Shown: positions 25,537 through 35,585 of the stretch, piece by piece
How the letters are laid out: each line of letters begins with the position of its first letter
How positions within the stretch are numbered: position 1 is the stretch's first letter
Source: Camelus dromedarius
Taxonomy: Eukaryota
Reading direction: 5' to 3'
NCBI RefSeq assembly: GCF_036321535.1
Contig: NC_087440.1
Coordinates: 29,326,001-29,390,000, forward strand
Length of the DNA: 64,000 nt
Notes under the pieces: generated by a model
The model's input: the letters and a program-made list of their open reading frames with translations, nothing else
Told to the model about the DNA's origin: nothing
Databases searched by the model: none
Program-made: the position numbers and the translations under genes

Positions 25537-26425
25537 TGAATAGTATTCCATTGTATAAATTTACCATATCTTCTTTATCCAGTCATCTGTCAGTGGACAT
25601 TTAGGCTGTTTCCATGTCTGGGCTATTGTAAATAGTGCTGCTATGAACATTGGGGTGCAGGTATCTTTTTGAAGTAGGATTCCTTACGGATATATGCCCA
25701 GGAATGGGATTACTGGGTCATATGGTAAGTCTTTTCCTAGTCTTTTGAGGAATCTCCATACTTTCTCCACAGTGGCTGCATCAAACAGCATTCCCACCAA
25801 CATTGTAGGAGGGTTCCCTTTTCTCCACAGCCTCTCCAGTATTTGTCATTAGTGGACTTTTGAATGATGGCCATTCCGGCTGGTGTGAGGTGATACCTCA
25901 TTGTAGTTTTGATTTGCATTTCTCTGATAATTAGTGATATTAAGCATTTTTTCATATGCCTATTGATACGCCATTTGCAGCAACATGCATGTCCCTGGAG
26001 AATGTCATTCTAAGTGAAGTAAGCCAGAAAGAGAAAGAAAAATACCTTATGAGATCGCTCATATGTGGAATCTAAAAACAAACAAACAAACAAAAAAGAA
26101 CATAAATACAAAACAGAAACAGACTCATAGACATAGAATACAAACCTGTGGTTGCCGAGAGGGAGAGGAGTGGGAAGGGACAGACTGGGAGTTCGAAATT
26201 TGTAGATACTGACAGGCATGTATAGAATAGATAAACAAGATTATACTGTATAGCATGGGGAAATATATACAAGATTATACTGTATAGCATGGGGAGAGAT
26301 CTGGTGGTAGCTCACAGCGAAAAAGAATGTGACAATGAATGTATGTTCATGTATAACTGAAAAATTGTGCTCTACGGTGGAAATTGACACAACATTGTAA
26401 ACTGACTATAACTCAATTAAAAAGA
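25537..26425 (+). mobile_element. Young 5'-truncated, 5'-inverted L1 with target-site duplication
   Basis: 25537-25965 is antisense L1 (ORF2 C-terminus [23 protein letters not shown] on -); 25966-26425 is the sense 3' end and A tail. Flanked by AACAAAATACATGGC (25522-25536) and AACAATATACATGGC (26426-26440). Confidence 0.88.
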
Positions 26426-26440
26426 AACAATATACATGGC

Positions 26441-27660
26441 ATTATTTCACACTGTTTCTAACACTGAATAATATCAACCTTTACAGTTATTCAATTTTAA
26501 TTTTGAATATGTGATAGGTAAAAATAATAGCTTGTTCTCTTAATTAGCATTTCCCTCATAGTAGTGTGAATAAACTTTTTTTAGGAATTCACTGGGTACA
26601 TACTTTTTCTTCTGAAATGTCACGTTTGTTTTGTCACTTTGCTTTTTTTTTTTATTATGTCTTCATTATTAATATACTGTTCTCCAGGCTTCAAGAATAT
26701 TATGCAGTGCAAATATTTGAAATATTTATTCCTAGCCTAAATTTATAATTGATTGAATTTTTACTTACATAAACTTCCAACCAGAGGGAAACCTAGCAAA
26801 TTAACAGTACCTCAGGAGGCTTCCTTATGTCACCCTCTCGGTCAAAAACCCTCAAACTCTTTTATGACTTCTATCACCGTTGATTAATTTTGTCTGTTTA
26901 AACTTTATATAAGTGGAATTATGTAACATCTCTATATATGTTTGATTACTTTGATTTGACACTATGTCTGTGAAATTTATCTCAGTTATTAGGTTTACTA
27001 GTGTTTGTACATTTTTATTGCCAGTGAGCTGTATTACTGCTTCCATTGTATGAGCATACCATAATTTACATATTACACTGTTGCTGGACATGTGGTTGGT
27101 TTCTCAGTTTGGTCAGATACAAGTAAAACTGTTGTGAACATTGCTCTATGTGTTTCTGGATGAAGGTAATGCTCATTTCTGTTGGATGTGTATTAAGAGT
27201 TAAACATTTCAATCCAAGGACAAATGTATATTTAATTTGGTAAGAAACTGTCAAACACTTTTCAGTTACTATTATACTAATTTACATCTCATCAGCATTG
27301 TAAGAGACTTTTTAGTGCTCCACATCCTCTTCAACACTTGTTATCCATCTCTAAAAAAAAACAATTACCCATTACGCTGTGTGTGTAATGGTATCTATGG
27401 TTTAACTTGCATATTTTTGATAAATAATAATGCTGAACATTTTTTCATATGTTTATTGGCTATTTGGAACTCTCTTTCATGAAGTGCCCATTCCAGTTAT
27501 TTGCTCAATTGTTAATTGGGTTATGTGCATTTTCTTTTTGACTTATACAAATTATTTGTGTAATGTATAAACAAATTCTTTGTTGGATATATGTACTACA
27601 ATGGTCTAATCCTATCAGTGGCTTACTTTTTCACTTTCTTAATGGTGTCTAGGAGGCAGA
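26441..27660 (-). mobile_element. Older antisense L1 fragments (L1M-type)
   Basis: ctcttttatgacttctatcacc...aagtggaattatg; gtaaaactgttgtgaacatt; gctgaacattttttcatatgtttattggctatttgg...gaagtgccc. Confidence 0.8.
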
Positions 27661-27696
27661 AGCTCTTTTATTTAATGTTTCAAATTAAACTTAATT

Positions 27697-28472
27697 TTTT
27701 TATTGAAGTAATAGTTGATTTATAATGTATTAATTTCTGGTGTACAGTGTACTGGTTCATTTATACATATATATTCCTTTTCATATTCTTTTTCATTATA
27801 GGCCATTGCAAGGTATTGAATATATCCCCCTGTACTATCCAGGACCTTACCATTTATCTATTATACAGAGTAGTTTGTATCTGAAAATCCTGAACTCCCA
27901 ATTTATCCTTCCCCACCCCCACATCCCCCTAGTAACCATAAGTTTATTTTCTATGTCTACAAGTCTGTTTCTGTTTTGTAGATAAGTTCACTTGTGTCAT
28001 TTTTTTAAGACTCCACATATAAATAATATCATACAGTACTTGTCTTTCTCTGTCTGACTTACTTAGCTTAATATNNNNNNNNNNNNNNNNNNNNNNNNNN
28101 NNNNNNNNNNNNNNNNNNNNNNNNNNNNNNNNNNNNNNNNNNNNNNNNNNNNNNNNNNNNNNNNNNNNNNNNNNNNNNNNNNNNNNNNNNNNNNNNNNNN
28201 NNNNNNNNNNNNNNNNNNNNNNNNNNNNNNNNNNNNNNNNNNNNNNNCTTCTTTATCCAGTAATCTGTTGGTGGACATTTAGGCTGCTTTCTTGTCTTGG
28301 CTATTGTAAATAGTGCTGCTGTGAACATTGGGGTGCATGTGTCTTTTTGAAATAGAGTTTCCTCTAAGTATATGCCCAGGAGTGGGATTGCTGGATCATG
28401 GGGTAAGTTTATTTTCAGTTTTTTAAGGAATCTCCAGTTTTCCATAATGACGGTACCAAACTACATTCCCAT
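27697..28472 (-). mobile_element. L1 3' end (artiodactyl type), antisense, with an N gap
   Basis: ttttttattgaagtaatagttgattt head; the minus-strand ORF LKKLKINLPHDPAIPLLGIY...CTPMFTAALFTIAK is the L1 ORF2 C-terminus. Confidence 0.92.
28075..28247. other. Assembly gap (173 N) inside L1
   Basis: Run of N. Confidence 0.99.
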
Positions 28473-29460
28473 CATCTTAACCTGATCATATTCTATTATT
28501 TGGAAATATTCTACTCTATCTTGTGGATTAATATTATATTTAGAATCTTTGTAACTCTGGCTATCATACCTAAAGGCTCAACAATTAGGAAGTCACTATG
28601 TAAAATATTGTGTGTCCATATAATAATAATGCTATAGTATGGAACCTTTAAAATATGTTACCAAAGTGGCTAACTACATAGAAAATTTTTATAAATGCCT
28701 TTCCTATTTAAAAATATTTTACTCATAGCTAAAGAATGCATCTCTCAGTGTGGTGATGGTTGTGAGCTTGGGGTGGGGCACCCAAGGTGGAGCTAACACA
28801 TGGAAAGGAGTCTTTCTGACAGTTAAGTACACAGGCTTCTACTTTCTATGCTAACCTTTATTCTAGAGACTTTTCTTCTCATGTGGAACCAAGTCTTGTT
28901 GCCAGAATTACAACTTTCCCTTTGTCGCTAGAGATAAATTCACTTTCAATCATAGCTAAAACAGCAAATTTTGCCTGCCAAAATAATTTTGTTTCTGTTT
29001 CCCTCATTATTCTAAACAAAAAAATCCTTGAGTTAGAATTTTAAAAGTGTAAGACTCTGAAACATATTCCAGCATGATGAATACAGAGCAAAATAGAAAA
29101 CCAGATTTAATAGTACCACAGTCTTTTGAGTGCCCTCTCTAGAGAGCCACTCCCCAAAGATGGCCTTTATAGATACTAAAAGAGCACAATATTTAAATTG
29201 TTCATTTGATTCTATCTAGCCTATGAGACCATGATTCTCTTTGCCACCATCATATTGCATTTACGGTTTATATAAAAAGAAAGTTACAGAGGGAAAACCT
29301 GAGGAGTGTCCATGACTGATTTCTTGATCCTATAATATTCTTGCTCCTAAAAGACTCCTCAGCAGTTCATGTGAATTCCTGCAATAATGTTTGGAACACT
29401 ATTATATTTGGTTTTTCTGAGATCCGAGAAAACTGTCCTATTTGGTTTTTCTGTACTCTG

Positions 29461-29518
29461 ATGCAGAAAATGGCATTTAACCATACAGCATTCTCTGACA
29501 CTCACCTTGTATTTTCAG
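29461..29518 (+). other. Candidate upstream coding exon of the OR11 gene (ATGs at 29461 and 29470; donor CAG|GTAAGG)
   Basis: ATG CAG AAA ATG GCA TTT AAC CAT ACA ... TTT TCA G|GTAAGG. A phase-1 join to acceptor ...ttttttgcag|CT (30575) gives GCT in frame with the OR11 ORF. Confidence 0.4.
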
Positions 29519-30574
29519 GTAAGGTAAAGCTCACAGAATTCCAAGCTCTGCTATTTCTTCCTTCCACCCTCTCTAGTTTTATATTCTGTCACTTAATGTG
29601 TGAATTGTAACTGGATCACTTCTTCAGAATCAAAGCCAAGATTTTATGTGAGAATTCATAAAAAATGTTACTTCAAAAATTTGCTAAAACTCTTTAAGTG
29701 TCTTGCCTGTGGCTCCTTTTTATTTCCACACTACATGAGGGAGTTCGGATCCTAAAACAGGGAAAATTCCAGAAAATGAATGTGGATACACTTTCCTTCA
29801 ATGAAACTTCAAGAAATATAGTGCCTACCTCCTGTTACTTTTTATTACTTTTAGCAAGTAGAAAACAAGGAAATCTATTTGTACTTGAGATTGTGTAATG
29901 TGAAGACAGGCTCTGTGAGCAAATCTGTATTTGACATATTTTCATAATTGATGCCATTGATGCCTATTTGACTTTAATGTATATTTTCAAGAGTGTATTT
30001 TTACTGAAGGGAGGAATTGAAATGTAGAATCTAATGAATTTGCATTTTAATACTGACTTATACTCTATTCTAAAAATATACAGAAATATTTTCCATAACC
30101 TATCACAATAAAACTAAAATAAATTAAGTTACATAAAGTATTTAAATCTATTGATATTGCCCTCAATTCAGCTTGCACATTTCTCACACAAATAGAACAA
30201 AGATTATTGAATATCATTATCTTTAATATCTTTGTAACTCATAAACACTGGGTTACCAAGGCTGTATTTTTTCAGTCTTTTTTATTCACTGTTTGACCTA
30301 AAATTGTAGGTCCTTATATATATTTGCTTATTGTCAATACCAACTAACTTTGCTTGTGAGCAGCAGACAATCAGGAGAGTTGTCTGTTCACGTTGTATTT
30401 ATTACATCCTGAATAGGAATATGAATACTGCAAAATCATGGAAAAATCTCTGCATGAGTATTTTATTATTTACAGACAGGAAGAGTGATGTTACCCTAAG
30501 CAAGGCATCTTCCCTAATGAGTAATACTATGAAAAGCTATTTTTAATATGGAAATCTGCCATTTTTTTTTGCAG

Positions 30575-31551
30575 CTTTGAAAACAAATAAATATTCCCAT
30601 GTAAAGAATTGCTCTACATCTGTGAGTAGATTCATCCTTTTAGGCTTCCCTTGTACCCGGGAAATTCAGATCCTCCTTTTTTCAGTCTTTTTTGGGTCAT
30701 ATATTCTGACAGTCATTGGAAATCTGTGCATTATCTGTGTTGTGAGGTGGGACCATTGGCTACAGACTCCAATGTACATCTTGCTGGCCAATTTTTCCTT
30801 CCTGGAAATCTGGTTTATCACCTCCACTGTCCCTAATATGCTAGCCAACCTTCTCTCTGACATCAGCACCATCTCCTTCTCAAGCTGCTTCCTCCAGTTC
30901 TACTTCTTCTTCTCCATGGGCACCACTGAGACCTTCTTGTCTGCCATGGCCTTTGACAGGTACCTTGCTATCTGCAGGCCCCTGCGCTACCCCACTGTCA
31001 TGACAGTTCAGCGCTGCATCAGAGTGGGAGCCTGCTGTTGGACGTGTGGCTTCTTGTACTTCCCCTTGCCTATTTACCTAATCTCTCAGCTCCCATTCTG
31101 TTGTCTCAATAAGATTGATCACTTCTTATGTGACCCAGGACCCCTTATAAAGCTGTCCTGGGTGCCAGCTCCTGTTACTGAGATCATCTGTGCCACCTAT
31201 AATTCAGTTCTCATCTTCTCCACCTTAATCTTCATTACCAGCTCCTACACCCTGGTAATCAGGGCTGTGCTTAGGGTCCCCTCAGCAGAAGGCCGGCATA
31301 AGGCTTTCTCTATGTGTGGCTCCCATCTGGCCGTGGTGTCCCTATTCTGTGTTTCTATTATGGTCTTATATGTGAGCCCAACAGCGGGCAATCCGGCAGG
31401 GATTCAGAAATATGTGACTTTGTTCTATTCTGTGTTAACTTCACTTTTCAACCCCTCGATCTATAGTCTACATAATAAGGAGATGAAGGAGGCTCTGAGA
31501 AAATTATTCAGGACTGTGAGATTTAGTCAGAGGCATGGAAAAAATCTTTGA
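30575..31551 (+). pseudogene. OR11-family (OR11G/H/J-like) olfactory receptor: full open frame, no ATG in the exon before TM2, degraded motifs; probable pseudogene
   Basis: FILLGFPC, PMYILLANFSFLEIW, FLQFYFFFS, MAFDRYLAICRPLRYP, IDHFLCDP, LRVPSAEGRHKAFS are OR11-type. The frame begins at TTG 30577. Substitutions LQTPMY, FCCLN, LSWV, KAFSM, TSLFNPSIYSLHN and a one-codon deletion in TM3. Confidence 0.8.
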
Positions 31552-32249
31552 AGAAATTGTGTTCACAACTGAAATAATGTATGGGAAATAAATAATTGAA
31601 AGGTTGATATTCAGTTGCATTAACTGAAGTACGAAAGTATCTTTTAGGGGAGGAAAAATATATTCAATGTAATAAAATATTTATAAAATTAACTATCTCT
31701 TCAACTTTTATTATTAGAGAAAAATTTATATTAATAGTATTTATTTTCAAATTCATATAAAAACAATCAAAGAAAAAGTGATCATCTTGCTGTCATTCAG
31801 ATCGAATACTAGTTAATAGTTTGCTGCCAGTATCATACACATAAACACACCCATACACACAATTTGTCCTATACTTAAATTTATTAGTAGAATTTTTCAA
31901 AGGAATCAGTAGTTACATATGCTAAATTTACAAAACAATGTTTAAACGTTAATTCTTGTGTCAATATTAAAAACATAACAGGCTGTATTTATTTTCTAAT
32001 GAAAGTTGACTTATCATGATATCATAATCACCAAGATTTAGTGAAAATATCCTTTGGTATTTAGATCCATTGATTTTTTTCCATTATATATTTATCCACT
32101 TTTAAGAATTATTCTTGGAAAAAGCTCTCTGTTTAGGATGAACCATACATTGCCTTTTCCTATATGCCATTTTTGCCTGCTATAGGTTCGAATGTGATGG
32201 CCAATGACTGGTCGGTACTGCAATGGCTGAAGTTGTTAGATTTGCTCTG

Positions 32250-32520
32250 CTTTATCTCAAGGACACTAGTATATCATATTCTCAAGCAGAATTTTCTTCA
32301 TCCTACAAAGAAACCCTGTACCCAGTAACAATTACTCTCTTCTCTCAAGTCCTGGCAGCCACTTTCCATTGCTCTGTATTTGCCTATTCTGGACATCAGA
32401 TTAATGGAATCATATGATATGTTGCCTTTTGGGACTGGCTCCTTTCATTTAGCAGAATGCTCATTTCTGTTGTAATCAGTACTTTATTCCTTTTTATAGC
32501 TATTTAGCATTCCTGTATAG
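32250..32520 (-). mobile_element. Old L1 3' fragment
   Basis: gtcctggcagccact...tttgcctattctggacat...aatggaatcatatgatatgttgccttttgggactggctcctttcatttagc. Confidence 0.75.
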
Positions 32521-32719
32521 AAGAAAATATGAAAATCAGTAAAATTCATTCAGTGGCTTTTTATCATCCTTACTCTTTAATTCAAGTTAATCGATCTTTT
32601 TCACTGATCAAAATGGTTTGCTTTAACATCACAGAGATTCCGTTTGTAAATTTCCTGAGACAAGGCTACGGTGGTAACAGCCCTGTAGATTTACGCCATT
32701 TGTAGAAAAAGAACATTTC

Positions 32720-33664
32720 TTATGACTGCAGAACGTGGTCAGACTTCAGATACCGACTCTTCAGTTTTGACATAGCTGCCTTCATTTCTTTTTTCCTTAG
32801 AGTGTAAATAACCGAGTTTAAAATGGGAGTAAAGATAGTGTAGAACACAGCAGGGACTTTGTCAACTGAATAACCACTAAAGGGCCACACATAGATGAAG
32901 ATGCATGGTCCAAAGAAGAGTGTGACCACCGTGATGTGAGCGGTCAGCGTGGAGCAGGCCTTTGCCATGCTAGCAGAGGAGCGATTCCTAACTGTGATGA
33001 GTATCACAGCGTAGGAGACAACCAACAGGAGGAAGGAACTCATAGAAAGAAAGCCACTGTCCGCGACTATAAGTAGGCTGACAACATAAGTGTCTGTGCA
33101 GGCCAGCTAGGTCACTAGAGGGAGGTCACAGAAAAAACTATCCACTTGATTAGGGCCACAAAAAGGCAAATTAACAGTAAATGCCAAATGGCTAGTGGTA
33201 TGGATGAAGCCCACACACCATGGAATAAGGACCAGAGTAATACACACACAGCGGCTCATGATTGTCATGTAGTGGAGAGGTTTGCATATAGCAACATAAC
33301 GGTCATAAGCCATGGATACAAGAAGAACCATTTCACTGCCAGTGAAAAGATGAACAAAGAAAATCTGGGCCAGGCAGGCTTCAAAAGAAATAGTCTTGCG
33401 TTCAACCAGAAGGTCTGCAATCATTTTGGGGGTAGCAAAGGAGGCAACACATATGTCTATGAAAGAGAGGTTTGCAAGTAGAAAGTACATGGGGGTATGA
33501 AGGCGGGAATCTGAGGACACAGTGAGGATGATGAGAAAGTTGCCCAGCAGTATTGCTAGGTAGAGTAGTGAAAATATGAGAAACAAGAAAGGTTGGAGCT
33601 CCTGGGAATTGGAGAGTCCCAGCAACACAAATTCAGTCACCCGAGAATGATTTGTCTCATTCAT
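32720..33664 (-). pseudogene. OR4K15: OR4K15 pseudogene: in-frame TAG at codon 186
   Basis: MNETNHSRVTEFVLLGLS...CDLPLVT-TAG(33109-33107)-LACTDTYVVSLLIVADSGF...KARSTL-like, all in one frame. Matches recalled human OR4K15. Also NP>NS, VL>VP and RN>RK near TM7. Confidence 0.92.
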
Positions 33665-34189
33665 TGACTTTGAAAAGACTTCTCTTTGGTTACCTGACTT
33701 GGAGAGAAACAGATATCATTCAGTGTACTGAGCATGTTTTTGATTTCCCAATTCCACTTCATACTTTAAGGATTCTAATTTCTATTTATATTTGTGTCTG
33801 AGTTTTTACACATCACCAGAAATTACATTGACAGCATAACACTGTTAAAGAAGGATGGAGGCAAGAGTCACACTGAGATGACAAAGGAGTCATTCAACCA
33901 GTTGGCATATCCAGTTACATAACTGTAAGGAACATAATCAACTAATTAAAAATGAAATTAAATATCTGAATTTTTTCTTTAGCATTACAGAAATCTAATC
34001 TAAGAATCCACTAAGATGAAATCTAAATCTAAATCATTTTATCTGCAGTAAATGACATAATGTTTGGAATGGCTAACACAAAGGAAGACAATTTCACATG
34101 CTTAATGTTGATCAAAATAGTTAGGCACAAATGGTTGTATGGTGTTTAAAACTATTTAAATAAAGTTCAAAAATAGGTGAAACTAATAT

Positions 34190-34400
34190 AAAAGGTTTTA
34201 AAAAGCTCCAGTAGTGGTTGTCCTTGAAGGGCAACAGGGACAGGAAGAGGACAGGAAGGGGCTTCTGAAGTGCAGGTAATGTTCTGTTTCATGATGTGGT
34301 TGGTAGTTACATAGGATTGTTCACTTTGTTAAAACTTACCAAGCTGTGTACTTCTGTTCTGTACACTTTTGTGTGTATGTAATACACTCATAAAAATTAA
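34190..34400 (+). mobile_element. L1MC/ME 3' end fragment
   Basis: ggggcttctgaagtgcaggtaatgttctgtttcatgat...ttcactttgttaaaacttaccaagctgt...cacttttgtgtgtatgtaatac. Confidence 0.75.
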
Positions 34401-35117
34401 AACAGGAAAAAGACAGCATTACATTGTATGGGACAGTTCATAAGAAGAATCATTGCCTTGAGTTATTAGACCTTACCCTCTTCTCTATTGAGTTACAAAT
34501 TATATTGACTAAAATACAAAACCATAGCAAAACTTAGAGGTCCAGAGTTTATTGGAAGTCTTCCTAGAGCTGCGATTCAGCTCTTCATGGTGTTCCATTA
34601 TACGAAGGAATCTAGTCCATTGGTTCCTTTCAGTTATTCCCTGAAGATATTAAGCTTCTTTGAACTCAACCATTGGTTTTAATAATGTAGCCATATTTTT
34701 GAATTATGATTGATATGTTATTTGATTTGGTGGGGCTTAAAAATTATAGCTGTATTGCACAAGAGTATTCATATTAAGGGATTTGTACCACACAAAAATG
34801 TTTTTTTCTTTTCAGGTCAATTGTTTTACACTATTTTATCAGAACTTTCTCCTTATGCTGTTTTTACTTTTATAAGTTATTGAGAACTTAGAAAAGTAGT
34901 GTGATAAAGGTAATGAAGCATCTGATGTTGAAGAATCTTTCTCTACATCCAAATCATATCTTAGGGAAGAGTATCTTTTATTTTACTGATTTCTACTCAT
35001 CTGCAATTTTTTATTTTAATGTCTTCTTGGACTGTAATCAAAAATTGCTTAGCATCTCTTTGAATTTCACTGGAAGGTTTACACAAAAGGACAGAGTGTG
35101 TGATGAATAATTTTAAC

Positions 35118-35585
35118 TCCCAGGAACCAAGTTCAGGGACTCATCCCCATATTTCATATCTGCAGTTCTCTAGGGAACCTACCAAAGAATTAATTCTCAT
35201 TTTATCACAGATTGTATGAAAATATATGACTCCAGGAATTTTAGAAGAGGCTAATAAGTGGAGGTTGACATCATAGCAGGCTGCTGGTAAAATTATACAC
35301 CAAAACAAGTTTATATTTGAGGAGCCACCACATTCTCTTTTGTGCCATTCTCCCCTCCTCATCATTTCTCAGGAGCCTTTTGTTAGCAGGTTAACTCCAG
35401 GAGCCCACCTTGGCCTATCCTCCTTGGAAGATACCCTGACTCTTAGAGCTCTTGACATAAATACTGTAATAAATCCCTAGATATAGGAAAGAAATGAATG
35501 TCTAACAAAACCAGCTAATAGGGCTTCATATGTGCCCTGTCAGAAAAAGGAAAGGCTTAGGCACAGGGATTGGGTCTCCCAGGAA
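35118..35585 (-). promoter_or_regulatory. Cluster of O/E(EBF)-like sites upstream of OR4K15
   Basis: TCCCAGGAA 35118, TCTCTAGGGA 35167, CTCCAGGAA 35230, TCTCAGGAG 35367, CTCCAGGAG 35395, TCCCAGGAA 35577. Confidence 0.35.

Noticed and set aside
25737-25955. 72-aa ORF as a possible gene
   Set aside because: It is the L1 ORF2 C-terminus within the inverted L1 segment.
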